From Puccinia triticina (taxonomy: Eukaryota): a DNA stretch of 64,000 nt. Numbering within the stretch: position 1 is the first letter of the stretch; every line of letters starts with the position of its first letter. The notes under the pieces are model-generated. The model saw only the letters and a program-made list of their open reading frames with translations, had not been told where the DNA came from and ran no database searches. The DNA is taken from the NCBI GenBank assembly GCA_026914245.1, contig CP110439.1, positions 6,510,001 through 6,574,000 of the forward strand. Reading direction: 5' to 3'. Shown in pieces: positions 1-13,601 of the stretch. A program made the position numbers and the translations under genes.

Positions 1-1059
1 CAGACTTTGTGTATACACTAATTCCCCCTGTATGACAGCTCATGCAGTCTACTGTCACCTCATGCATGCGTTAGAATTTTCTGTTGTATATTCTGACATC
101 ATGTATGCACCCCTGGCATGTTTAGAATGTTCTGTTGTATATTCTGACACCATTCATGCGCCCCTGAGGGGTTATGACATCATTTGTATCTACTCTCACC
201 AGCTAAAATCCCTCACCCTGTTGTCTAGATTAGCTGAAACCCTAACCCACAAGCCCCTTTAGGGTTCCACTTTTGTCTATAAAAGGAGCTCCCTCCACCC
301 CCAGTGGTCTGCTCCCCAGTTTCTCACCCAGAACTCACAAGTCACCCAACACTCATCCACACTCAAATCCTAAAACCCTTATAACAATAAACTCAAACCT
401 TATAACAATAATTCAACCCTTATAACAAAGTAATCAAAACACTTACACGTTGCCAGTCAAACAGATTTCATCTGGAACAGACCAGACCTATCACTTAAAA
501 AAACTTGCCAAGCTGAGCTTGGTGGGTCTTGTTGACTGATAACAGAAGAGCAGAGCTTGCAACTCCACCATACCCTTCACCATTCAGCAAAAGGGTTTCA
601 TTACCACTTTTGAGTCTTACAACGTGCTGAAGAGATGTCTGGCGGAAGTTAGTTCTGTGAGAACCTTCCTGTTTGGCTACCAACAAGGCCAGCTTTGCCT
701 TCACCTCACCAGATGCAAAGTTGTTGCCCACATCCAGGCCGCTCCCAAGGCAAGTGGGCAGTCGAGCGTCCTAGGCCACAGTTTCTGAGTGGGCAGAGCT
801 TCCCTAAGGCACCCATTGGGCATGACCGCAGAAGAAATTTGTGCCCTAGGCCACTGGAATTTCAGATGTTACCAGTTGTATATACGGCCATACGGGCCAT
901 GGGATCTGAAACGCACACGTTGTGTTCTCGTGAACTTCAAGCAAGACGGGTTGGAGATTGCTGGTTTTTGGCGCCTTCTTTTCATTCCTGAAGAATTTTT
1001 TTGGGAGTTTGTGGGTTCACGCGCGGCTCAGGCTCCCTCAAAATCCCTGAGTGGTGGCT

Positions 1060-1751
1060 GAACGCCTGAAACCCAATCCTTCCCTTTGTTGCAGTAGGTA
1101 TGCTGGTGGTCTGCCACAAAAGCCTGACAATAGGAACAGGCCTGTGGAATGGGACTTGACTGCTGGTTACCAGCATTCAACCACATGTTTTAAACTTTCA
1201 TGTGATGACGGGCCTAACTGCAGGGATTGAACTTGCTTTGCCAAAATTCACCATCATCCATGAACCGGATGAGGTGTTTGCCACCGACTTTTCACAATAT
1301 CAGTTCCCAGTGGCCCTGGCTTTTGCAATGACTTTCAACAAGGCTCAGGGTCAGACCCTGTGGTGTGTTGAAGTATTCTTGCCAAGTCCAGTGTTTGCAC
1401 ATGGCCAGTTATATGTTGCTTTATCAAGAGCACCAAACCTTCAAGGTTGAATGGTAGGCTTAGTTGAGACAAAGCCAAATTATATTTAACCTCAAATTTC
1501 ATTCATTTGGAACTGTTAAATGATGCAGTTAGGAGATTAGTTTGGTACGTGAAAATGGCCCTAGCGTGAGAAGTTGTGGGGGTGTTTCATTATTTGCGGT
1601 AGCTTTTTGTTGACTTGAGTTTTTTTACTGTATTTGTACTCTTGTTTTGTAATGTTTTTCCATGAATTTTAGCTATATGAATTTGCAATTGGTGTACACT
1701 GGAAAGAGTGCGGCTTGGGTGTGGCGCACGGCGGAGCCGCGAGTACCCTAG
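1060..1751 (+). mobile_element. Helitron 3' remnant with degraded PIF1-like helicase C-terminus
   Basis: ORF 1202-1450 has PIF1 motifs QFPVALAFAMTFNKAQGQT and VFAHGQLYVALSR. Small hairpin CGGC-GGA-GCCG (1729-1739) is followed by CTAG (1748-1751) and T, the canonical Helitron 3' end. The 5' boundary is not resolved. Confidence 0.85.
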
Positions 1752-2532
1752 TTATGATATAAATACATAAACAATACATGATGTAATCTAATTCAAAAGA
1801 GCACTGAATGGAATCACTGATCAGCTAGTGTACACAGCAACTGATCTAGGATCAGTACTGATCATTACACTGCCCTGATCATTTCCAATGTTGATCCTCT
1901 TGAGGATCTGCTTGCTTTGAGCGCTTCCAGTCCCCCCCTAGTCCTGAAGCGCCTCCCAGCGCCTCAAATCCCCTTGTGCTCTTTTCCCCTCTATATAAAC
2001 ACGCCCCCCAGGACTGTTTATCCCCCAGAATATTATTACAGCAAATTATAACCCATACTATAGTTAAACAGTGCTTCCATTCTCACCCATCTTTCAATTC
2101 AGGAATAACATCAACTCTTGATTACCCTTACCTTTCTGTAGGTAAAACCACAAAACCAAGTTGAGTTATTCCTTGGATGCCTATTAACACCCTGGGTTGA
2201 TCTGGATGTGCCTTAATTGAGCAAGCCTCTCAGTCAAGATTACTGATAGATTGAAACCTTTTACAGGTCTTACCACAAACGCATTGGCCCATCCTTGGCA
2301 CTTTACACTATCATCTTGCTAGTAACAACCCTCTCAGACAAAGTTAGTTACCTACAGGCTGACACTGTTTGTGCCCGCTGTCAACCATTCAAAAGTTTTT
2401 CCAAAAGATTGAACGGCAACACTCTGCTCATATCCTTGGTCTTGCTGGACCTGCTGCAAAAAAAGCTATGAAGAATCATTTGTCACATTGTTTCATTCTA
2501 AAGGCTGTGTTGATGGATCTGTCAGTAATTAA

Positions 2533-4802
2533 CACCAGGGGAGATAGTGTGGCACTCTCTAGAGAGTGCCATACCATAACTTTATCTTTGACTTGGTCAG
2601 AAGTCAGTTCAACGTGGGTGGGTAACTTGTGTTCAACTTTGTTGGCGAACTTATTAGCAACTATTGTATAAGAGTATGATGAGTTCAGTGCAACTCATCT
2701 GTAACTCCTGATAGTATTAGTTTGGATTTTATTCTATCCTTCAGGCATCTGGATTTGAAGATAAGTCATGATGACTGCCAAATACTTACCTAAACTTGTC
2801 TGATTCTGTCCTCATTACAGGCCATTTGCGTGATTTGTGAAGATTGTTTTTTGGCTTCCTCATGGACCATATTCAGCCACGTTATTCACATGAGCTATTT
2901 GGATGCAGATATGAATTATCTGGTTTCTCCCTATGACCCATATTTTTTGTCTCCTAGTGATTTCCTGCAGCTGTTGGTTGACCATGATGACCTGCAGAGT
3001 GTGTGATGTTGCCCATTCAGGGGATTGGGGAATCCTCTTGGTGGCATGGATGTACTGGCCATTGAGGAGACACAGCCCCTTTGATGGCCAGTACAGCCCA
3101 GCCATCAAAGGGAGTCTCCCCCTAGTTGCATACTACATGTCCACCTGTGACATAGGCCAGCAATGTCACATGAAAATCCTGTGCAACATTGTCACCCTGA
3201 TGTTTGCCCAAACATCAGGGTGACATTCATGGGCAGGTTGTATCCGCCATCAAGAGGAGTTGATGGCAAGTACAACTTGGCCATTTATTTGGATGCAGAC
3301 TCCCTTTGATTGCCGGGTTCCACTGGCCATTGAAGGGAGTACACACCCTGTTTGATGGCTGTTGAGAATCAGCCATCAAAGGGCTTTGATGGCCGAGTTG
3401 TAACAGTCATCAAACAGATTTTTTACTTCCTTTGATGTCAGGTGCAACCCGGCTATCAAAGGGAGGCTGCCTTCATTAATTGTCCGCGCTGTACCAGCCA
3501 TTGCGGGGATTTCATACTCCCTTCATTCGCTGGGCTGCAGCGGCCATCAAAAGGAGTACACACTCCCTTTTCGCTGGTACAACTCTGCCATCAAAGGGAG
3601 TGGGGGAGTGGAAAATTCTCTTGATGGCAGGGTTGTACCAGCCATTGAGGAGACACAATCACTTTGATGGCCATTAAAAACTGGACATAAAAGGGAGTTT
3701 CCCACTAGCTGCATCCTACAGGTCCAACTGTGAAGTAGGCCAGAAATTTCACAAGATCCTGTTCAACCATTTCCACCCTGAAGTTTGCCCAAATTTGAGG
3801 GTGAAATTCATGTCCAAGTTGTAATTGCCATCAAGAGGAGTTGACAATCCCATCAATGACTGGTATAAATCAGCCATCATAAGCAGGTTGAATCCAATTA
3901 ACCAGCGCTCTGTACCATCCATGAGGAGAAATTCACACTTCCTTCATTGGCTGGGTTGTAGCAGCTATTGAAGGACTCCCTTAAAATTCTGGTACAACTC
4001 TGCCATTAAACAGAGTGCACACTCCTCTTGATGGCAGTTTTGTGTTGGCCATTGAGGAGACACTCCCTCAAATGGCCAGTACAACACTGGCATCAAAACT
4101 CTGTAAAATGAGGTTGGTAATAATAGTGATTCCAAGACCACACTTGTTCACGCACTTTATAACTTAAGGTACAATCCTGGATAAGGTAGCCACTACTCAG
4201 GTCTGGTGATGATTAACTGTTAAACTGTGGAGCCCAGGAGATCATGTGTTTCCAGTGGTCAGGCAATTTGGAAAATTGATGCTAATTACATCACATTTGA
4301 ACAATGTTTGGCCTGAAAACAATTTTTGCAACACTCCAAGCAAGTGAGAGATGATTATGGTGTCTTCCACCTCCTTCCACTTTAGGTCTATCTGACAGAG
4401 AAGTTGGATTGTGCCACCCTGAAATGATAACCAGGAGATGCATACATCTTGAGGCCCCCTTGTGGCTTGATCAGTTGAGCCTGCCTGGTCACAGTGAATT
4501 TGACCAAGATTGGCCTGTTCTGATGGAAAAATGAATTTCAGGATCCTCAGCTGGAACAACTATGGAATGTGTTCCAGGTTTAGTCAAGCTGGAGTTGAGC
4601 ATTGGGTGAGGTGAAGTTATGGAATTTCCCCATGAGGTTAGGATGAAGATGATATCAGCCTGAGTTGAACATAACATCACTATTGACACAAGCTTAAGTT
4701 GTGTGTGTGGCACACATGTTGCATGCTTGATACCCGCCAGGTTTGCTGAAGGAAGTTACGGTCTGGCACTCTCTAGAGAGTGCCACACTTTCTCCCCTGG
4801 TG
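2533..4802. mobile_element. Non-autonomous TIR DNA element (CACC termini, 3-bp TAA TSD)
   Basis: CACCAGGGGAGATAGTGTGGCACTCTCTAGAGAGTGCC at 2533 is inverted at 4765-4802. TAA flanks both sides (2530-2532, 4803-4805). No intact transposase. Confidence 0.75.
3040..4100. repeat. Degenerate array of ~40-bp GATGGC...GCCATC quasi-palindromic units
   Basis: Recurrent motifs such as TTGATGGCCAGTACAGCCCAGCCATCAAAGGGAG inside the 2533-4802 element. Confidence 0.6.
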
Positions 4803-5780
4803 TAACAACTAGCATCATTTATATTTATATACATAATCATGTGGTTAACAGCCATTCATATACATAATATAAGACATAATTACATAAATTAAGGCCCCGT
4901 TTGGACACCCCAAATTCAGTTATAAATCACACAACTTATCACCAGAGGTGCTTGGGGTATAACACAAAATTTATATGTGTTTGGGACGGCCAATGATATC
5001 GTAAAATTCATTACTCTGTTGTGGTACTTGAAAATGTGAAAAATCAAACGTTTTCTCATGTACATATAGAAGGCCTCAAGATAACATCCATTGGACACCA
5101 TAAATGGACTCCATGGCTAAAGTAACCCCTATTCCCCACTGGAATCATCACTGGAGCCCCACTACACTGGAAGTTAGACCCTTTGGAAAACCTGTAGCAC
5201 CCAGTCAACCACCTGTCAGGCACCTCAAGTCACATTCCCCACACCATTCTATTCCCACTACATGTATTTATTTTTATTTTTTTGTTATGTACATGACATC
5301 ATGCAGCACTGCCCCTGCAGGCTGTGCCCTTTCAACTGAATGGTTCCCTGCATTCTAGTTCCTTACAACTCCACTTTTTTTGGTCCTATTACATCACCTG
5401 ATCATTCCCTGCACAGCTCATGCACCCCTTGCATAAATTATGACATCATCTGGCACAGCCCCCCTCATGCATGCACGCCTTGCATAAATTGTACACAGCC
5501 ACTCCTTCTCAACTCCCTCATGTTGTAGAGCACAGGCCAGCTAAAATACCTCACTCAGGGGCTGCCCTGGAGCCAAAATCCCTCACATTTGTTTATATAA
5601 GGAGCTCTCTCCCTCCCCCCCCCCCCCCCCCCATTTTTAGTTCCTCAGTTTATTACTCATCAAGTTTTGTACTCACCCATCACCCAAAACACTTACGTAC
5701 CCACTCAACCCTCTTACTTACATATAACAACTCTTACATACTGAATAACAACCTTTTTATACTGTGTCACAAGAAACATG

Positions 5781-8330
5781 TACACAACCTCTGGATTACC
5801 TGTTCAACTGGTCATCCAGAGGAGTCCTACACACCACCTCAATGACCGGTCAGCGGGTCATTGAGGTGGACATAACCTGCAACTTGAACATCTCAATGAC
5901 CAACCAGTCATTGAAGAGGACACATCCTCTCAATGAACGGTCAACCGTTCATCAAAGAGGACACATCCTCTGCATGACCGGTCAAATGGTCATCCAGAGG
6001 TTGTACCCACTTCAATGACTGGTTGATTGGCCATTGAAGAGGACAAAAGGACTTCTCTTGATGACTGGTCAAATGGTCATCAAAGAGGACACATCCTCTT
6101 GATGACCGGCCAACCGGTCATTGAAGGGGACACAACCTCTTGATGAACGTCAACTGGTCATCAAAGAGGACACACCCTCTTGATGACCGGTCAAACAGTC
6201 ATCAAGAGAAGTCCTCTGGATGACCAGTCAAACCAGTAATCCAAAGGTCGTACCCACTTCAATGACCGGTTGATTGGTCATCAAAGAGGACAAAACACCT
6301 TGTTGACCAGGGCCGGTCATTGGGAGTCATTGGGAGGGTGTTTCCTCTTTGATGACCGGTGCAGGGACTCTTGTGGGACACTAAATGTTTATTTGGTGAA
6401 AATATCCTCTGAGGGGGAAATAAATTGCTAATAGGTTGAAAGGCTATTACAACTTACGGGTGGTTTGAAAGACCTGCCCCTCTAATGGTACTATGCAAAT
6501 AACTAAGAGTCTTGTAATCAATATTTATAAAGGTGTGGCTGATTCCAAGATAGATCTTACTTTTGTATAGTAATCTCTATCAGACCTAGATACCTCAAAT
6601 CACTAATCTTGCAGATCTGTTACAACTTCTGATGATGGGGAATAATATAATCCAGTGGGATTAATTATGTAAGATACAATTTTTGTTGATGAGAAGGTTG
6701 GTAATGATCTCTTCCTTAAAAAATCTCTTGATAAGGCACTTTGATCAATACTAGAGCTCCTGGTTGTTACTACTACTACCACTACTACTAATTTTTATAT
6801 TTGTTGTTGATGAAGTTGGTATTGATCTCTTCCTTAACAATCTCTTGATAAGGCACTTTAATTACTACTAGAGCTCCTGACTACTACTACTACTACTGAC
6901 TCAAACTTAACACTACCACTACCACTAAACTAACACTAAACTAACACTGTAAATAAACTAACCACTGTGACCAAACCTTGATGAGGGGGGAAATAGGCCT
7001 CCTTATATATTGAAGGGTGAGGGGATTTAGCTCCAGGGGAGCTCCTTGTGAGGGCTATTTTCTGCAGGGGATATCAGTTGCACAGCAAGATATGCATGTG
7101 TTGCACTGCCTGCCAAACAATGAGGTAATGGATTATGCAGGAGGGGATATCAGTTGCACGGCAATATATGCATGTGTTGCACTGCCTGCCAAACAATGAT
7201 GTAATTGATTCTGCAGGAAGGCTCCTTGAACACCTTATCTGCCTGCATATGCTGCACTGCATGATATCATGTGTTGCTAGGTGACCCAAACAACCTTCTG
7301 TAACCTACCATATGCCTGCATGTGCAGCTGTTGCCTTCTTCCATCCAGAATATTGGGGGTCAAAGCCTCTCCTCCCACCTTGCTCCTTCCTTCCTTCTTC
7401 CTCCTCACCTAATTAATACTTCCATCCATATCCCATCATACTGAATCCTATACCCTTATAAAGTAATAAACCACCCTTATAAGGATAATATACCCTTATA
7501 ACACTGCCTTACTTGATACACCACACCATCCTCCCTTCCATTCCTGGTTGAGACATGTGCTTCCAATACCTTCCACCTCTTCTATTGATACACCACACCA
7601 TCCTCCCTTCCATTCCTGGTTGAGAAATGTGCTCCCAATACCTTCCACCTCTTCTATTGATAACATCATTCCACCTCCCTGCCATCCTACCTAGTCATGG
7701 TCCTCCATTCCATCCCTGATCACGCGGTCCATCCTACATAATCCTAGTCTGCCGTTCCATCCATGATAACACTATCCATCATCCATCCATCTGTAATGAC
7801 TCTATCCCTCCCATGTACACATACACTGCTTGTATTATATATAACTTCCTCCTCTTATAATGAATGATAGCTGTATCTATGCTGTCCCAATACCTATTCA
7901 ATGTGCTTTTGGAATTGTCACGCCAATGGAGCACCACACCGGTTGGCCTGTCATCGAGAGGGTGTGTCCTCTTTGATGACTGGTTGACCAGTCATCAAGA
8001 GGGCATGTCCTCTTTGATGACAGTTTGACCAGTCATCAAGAGGGTCTGTCCTCTTTGATGACTTTTCAACAAGTGTGTCCTTGTTGATGACCGGTTGGCC
8101 GGTCATCAAGAGGGTGTGTCCTCTTTGATGACTGTTCAACTGGTCATCAAGAGGGTGTGTCCTCTTTGATGACCATTTGACCGGTCATCAAGAGGATGTC
8201 TCCTCTTTGATGACCGGTTGACTGGTCACTGGAAGGGTGAAGTCCCCCTAGATGACCAGTTCACCAGTCATTGAGGGGGTGAAGTACTCTAGATGGCTGG
8301 TCAAACCGGTTATCCAGAGGTTGTGCACTC
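5781..8330. repeat. Foldback-like pair of inverted arrays of ~40-bp GATGACCGG...GGTCATC units (5781-6360 and 7940-8330)
   Basis: Units like GATGACCGGTCAACCGGTCATCAAAGAGGACACACCCTCTT read forward at 5.8-6.36 kb and reverse at 7.94-8.33 kb. The outer ends CACAACCTCTGGAT/ATCCAGAGGTTGTG are inverted. A related array lies at ~57760-58035. Confidence 0.7.
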
Positions 8331-9056
8331 CCAGGAGTGTGTTGTGTGTACATGTAGACACTGGTCTGCTTTGTTTTGCCAAACAGTCAGGTGATGAATG
8401 TGTTGAAACTTGCGCGCGCTCACACGCTCCTCTTGCCTGCTCTGACTGCGCTTTGACGGGGCAGCAAAAAACCTAACTTGTCTATTTGTCTTGGACCGCT
8501 CTCGGGCTCTGAACAATGGTTCACCTCCTCTTTGATCCTCGTCTACTCACTCTGATCTCATACCGCTTTCCTCAAGACTTGATTCTAGCCAGTCACATCG
8601 GCCTAAATCATCAAACAACACAACTTGGTGAGAAATGCAACTGGCATTTCCATCCGCTTCAAATCTAATCACTCTCTCGACCTCAATCACTGACCTCTTC
8701 CTTTTTTCTATTAGTCTGTGTTCTAAGATCTCCATCCTTGACTTATTCATCTCCACAATTGTCCTTCTTCTCTCGGTTTGTTATCTATTTATTTTACTCT
8801 CCTTTTGTCCTCTCTCAACTGATCTCATCTCCCATCCTCCAATCAGCTTCATCAGACCACTTCTCCACTTTTATCTCACAGTTGCTGCTTATTCATTCTA
8901 TCTTCAGCTTCAGGGTTTGTTTATTTTCTTATTGTTCATTCTTTTCTGTTGCTTTTTCTTACATTTGTTTTTCAGCTTCTGTTTCTTGCTTTACAGTAAT
9001 TCAGCCTCGGTTCTTTACGATTAACAGTCAAAACAAACCGGCGACCAAACCTTTTA

Positions 9057-12000
9057 TGTCCGACGGTGTATCCCCAGCTTCTCTCAAATCTTCAAGTAGC
9101 GCCGTTGTCTCCAAGGACCAGAAACCTGCTTCTTCAGCAACTGTCTCTAAAACCATGGACAAAATTCATGGTGCTCTCATCAAGCCTGTCGTCGAGGGGA
9201 TTGCTCTTTTGTCAATGGACAACTACACACTCTGGAGACAATGATTCTCCAACTTCCTTGACGTTGTCAAACTCAAATCCAATCTTACAGGCGAGAACAA
9301 TACCCTTAGCGCGGAAAATAATGTTTACCTCAAGGCTATTCTAGTCGCTAAGCTCGAATCGTCCGTTCAGGCAAACGTGGTCAATGCTGTCAATGAAAAA
9401 AATGCCAGACTCATCTGGAAATCCATTGTTAAGTTTTTCGCTTCCAATCAAGCGTCCAATAAGTCTCGCGTATTTCAGTCTTTCCTTTGTGCTCCATACA
9501 CTCCCGACGATGTAGCTGGCTTCATCGCCTCGATGAAAACGTTTCAAACTCAACTCATTGAAGTCGGGTGGTTGTTCTCTGACGATGCTCTCGGTCACAT
9601 GATCATTCACAAGTTTCCGTCTGACATGAACAACATAGTCAATCAGATTACTCATTCGGACAAAGAACCCTCTATCAATGTGGTCTTCGAGCATCTCAGA
9701 ATTCACGAGCACAATTCAGAAATTTGGGCTAGCAACAGCGGGTCTAAGTCAAACCCAATCACCTTCTACACTGATGAAGCAAAGAAGTGTCAAAAGAACT
9801 ATCATAATCCGGCTTCTGATCACTTGAAGGAAAATTTCTGGATGCTATACCCTAAGAAGCGAACTGAACACTATGAGAAGAAGGCAGCAGCAGCCCAAGC
9901 AGCTCAGAAGATGGAGACTTCCGTTAGGCTTTCACACGTCTCTCTCTAAATCTCCTCACACCTTTACTGTTGACTTGGGATCCTCCGCTCACATGATCTC
10001 AAACGAATGACTCTTCCACACTTTAGAACACAAAGAGCTAGGCTGCGTTCAAACAAGCTCTTCTTCCGATCAACTCAAGATCAAGGGAATTGGCTTGATA
10101 CAACTAAAAAACGAGTTTGGAGAAGTCTTCTTGAATAATGTTCTCTACATCTCCGAAATAGTAGTAAATCTTCTCTCTGTTCGATGTCTCCTACTTCAAG
10201 ATTTCACTATCCAATTCTATAAAAATTCTTATCAAATATTAAAAAACAATGAAATTGCAATGAAAGGCAACTACATTGGAAACCTTCCTTCACTTGAGTT
10301 CAAAAAAATTGAGCAAACAAGTCTTCTTTCCTCTGCCGAATTCATACACAAATCACTGGGACATGTAAGCTACCATTGATTGAGAAAGAAACTAGGCATT
10401 CCGTTGAAAATTATCAGCGACTGTGAATCATGTGCAGTTGGAAAAATCACCTGAGCTTTGTACAAATCAAATCACAAGCCTGCCTCTAGACCCTTTGAGG
10501 AGGTTCACTTTGATCTGATAGGTCCTATCTGGCCGACTTCTCATCAAGGTCATTGATACATTCTGATGGTTGTCGACAGCTGTACGAGATTCTGCGCTGC
10601 CATCCCCATCAAACATAAGAGTGACACACCCAAGACAATCTCTTATCTAGTCGACGTAGAAGCAAAAATGCTGGGCTATTATCCTACAACATTTCACTCT
10701 GACAGGGGTTCTGAATTCCTCAACTCCACTCTGAGCAAGTACTGCATGGCACACTTGATCAAGCAACAAACTTTGGATTCTTATACCCCTCAACAAAATG
10801 GGCTAGCTGAGAGATTCAACAGGACCATTCTTGAGTCCATGCGCACCATCCTTCAGGATTCGGGGTTTGATCAAAAATACTGGAATGAAATCGCCATTGT
10901 CAGCGCGTTGACTTTAAATCAAATTCCCTCTCCTCAGTCCAAACCGTGCCCCTTTGAGCTGTTCAAAAATCACACCTTACCGTTGAACTACTTTTATCCT
11001 CTTGGCAACCGGGCTTCTTACATGATTCTCCCGGGGGAATCCTTCTCAAAACTCAAGCCAAGGGGGAAGCTAGGAAGACTAATTGGCTATACCGATGAAC
11101 TGCGATCTTATCGAATACTATTGGACGAAGGAAAAATTGTAGACACAAAAGATGTTCAGTTTCTCAACTATACTCCCTCTTCCCCTAAGAACTCCGATTG
11201 GGACCTAGCTGTGTGTGAAGACTCAAATGACTCAGACCCTGCAAGTGAAGTGGAACGTTACTGTGAATCGCCAGATATCTCTGACAATAGTGACGTTGAA
11301 ATTGCCTCAAGCCTAATTCCTGAACCAGCTGTCAGCAGAACTCTGCGGGAAAGGACTACTCAGATTAAACCCGCTAAATAATCTTACCTTGCCACTTACC
11401 TTGCCACTTACCTTGCCACCGATCCAAATTCCTGCAAAAATGCCAGGAAATCACCTCAAAAGTCAGAAGCAGCTGCAGAAGAGTTGTCAAATATTGAACA
11501 CCATGAAGTCTGGGAAGACATGTTTGACACTCCAGATTCTTACCTTCATACGCTATGGATTTTCAAAAATAAACCTGCTACGCTCTCTGCTGCAGAAAGG
11601 AAGAAAGCACGGCTTTGTATACAAGGATTTCTACAACGCAAGGGAGAAGACTACGACAACACTTTTGCTCCCACTGGAAAATTCACCACGATGCTCATAG
11701 TTTTAATGTATGTGATTGACAAGAAATTACCAATCAGACAATTCAACATCAAGAGTGTGTTTCTGTATGCTCCACTGAAAGAAGAATAATACATAAAAAC
11801 ACCAGAAGGGTCCGCCAGAAAAGCTCCATTTCTCCGTCTAAAGAAATCACTCTATGGTCTGAAACAAGCACCAGCCAACTGGTACGATACCCTGACATCT
11901 TGGTTCAACAACATCAACTATCAACAGTCTACGTCTGATCCCTGCCTGTTCATTCACTCCAACAAGAACTCTATCATATTATTCCACGTGGATGATCTTA

Positions 12001-12494
12001 TTGTAGTCAGAAATGTTGATGTCTTTGAAAATCTTTTCCTCCATTGGTTTCCAAACTCTACCGCTCACGAACCTGACACAATACTAGGAATAGATGTCGA
12101 AATATCAAAAGAAGCCATTACATTATCTCAAGAAAAACTGATAGAAAAAGGTCTGAAGCTCATTGGTCTGTCTGATTGTAAACCGGTAAACACTCCATTA
12201 TCAGTCGGCGTACAACTGAAACCAGCCAGCCGATCGGAAAAGGATGAATTCTCAAGACTCAACATCAATTATCAAACATTCACTGGAATCCTGAATTATT
12301 TGTCCTGTCGCACTTGACCAGATCTAGCGCCGGCGGTATCAATCCTCTCCAGCTTCAACAATGATCCAGGTATACTTCACTGGAAGGAGGTGATACACTG
12401 CTGGAAATACGTCTCCGGCACAAAAAATCTACATCTAACTTTACGACCCGATTCAAAGAAATCTGACTCTCTCCATCATTACACGGATGCCACA
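9057..12494 (+). pseudogene. Copia gag-pol (gag, protease, integrase, RT) with premature stops and frameshifts
   Basis: GAG-pre-integrase IHKSLGHVSY, integrase HSDRGSEF...QQNGLAERFNRT, RT KARLCIQGF and HVDDL. RNase H continues at 18251-18614 and 41550-41638 once inserts are removed (HYTDAT|WAND; EDM|IANTLTK). Confidence 0.92.
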
Positions 12495-13354
12495 TGTGAA
12501 GCCCCGCGCGTCCTGCGGGTTTCACAAGGCGAAATGGGCCATGTCACATGAGGAGGACTATAGTTGAGCCCGTCCCCCTTGCCCCATCTAGCCCGGCAGA
12601 GACTCCGGACCCCATTCATCTCTCTGCTTGGGCTAGGTAAGCCTTTCCCTTCCTTGCTTGTCATCTCTTTCTCCTTCTCCCTTCTTCCGCATGTACATAG
12701 ACTAACAAGAGACTCTGGACCCCATTCATCTCTCTGCTTGGGCTAGCCACGTAATCCAAGCTCCCCAAACGTTGGTTCTAGAACCGCTAGGCCTTCGAGC
12801 CCGTCCCACCGTGCCTCTCCAGCCTCCGCTCAGTGAAGGGTCTCCTGACCCTTACACTTTTTTTTTCTAGACCCACCAACCCCCTCGACAGCTTGGCAAG
12901 AATTTTTTCTCCCTTGCTTTTGTCTTGGTCATAGATCTACCCCTCCATTCGACCGCCTCCGTCCGCCCGCCACTCAAACCATCTCCGGTAATCCGTCCGC
13001 AGAACTTCTTAGTTCTAAATCCACTTTGGCTCCATTTCTGCAAGACTTCTTAGTCTTAGAATCCGTCCGCCTCCGTTTCCGCGAGGCTTCTTAGTCTCAA
13101 AAATCTGTTCCGACTCCGTTTCCGCAAGGTTCCAATCTCAAAATCCTTTCTGACTCTGGCTCCATAAAGACTTCTTAGTCTTGAATTAGTACCGACAGCC
13201 CCCTACCATCTCATTTACAAATTTCTTCCTTTCCGTTCACGGTTCCCCTTAACCCCCCTCCCTAACATCACACTCTTGGACGGACCTGCCCCTTCTGGCC
13301 ATCTGGCTCAAAGCAATCACGACCACACCAGGATGCAGCATGAGAAGCAGCAGC

Positions 13355-13601
13355 CACTGCAAAAAAAACTTGGTCAACTGCTTGCAGTTGACATGCAGGA
13401 TACTCAAGCCAAGCTATCATTGTAACTCCACCTGAATGCACAAGTGCCTTTGTTGGCACAGTCACTGTGCAAGGTGCACAGTGACTGTGCATTGACACTT
13501 TGGTTGAGTCAAACCTTGGGTAAGGCTGTTGTAACACCACAAGCTTCCTCAGAGTTACCGCATGTCAACTGCTCACAGTTGACACAGTTTTTTTTGCAGT
13601 G
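13355..13601. mobile_element. CACTA-superfamily MITE (CACTG termini)
   Basis: CACTGCAAAAAAAACT...AGTTTTTTTTGCAGTG, 3-bp TSD AGC, subterminal GTCAACTG/CAGTTGAC palindromes. Confidence 0.85.

Noticed and set aside
1..470. LTR pair with ~5290-5770
   Set aside because: They share only short LTR-like motifs, and no common boundaries or TSD could be fixed.
8635..9024. Hydrophobic membrane-like ORF (also 41896-42168)
   Set aside because: It lies in the T-rich Copia LTR and is truncated in the other copy.
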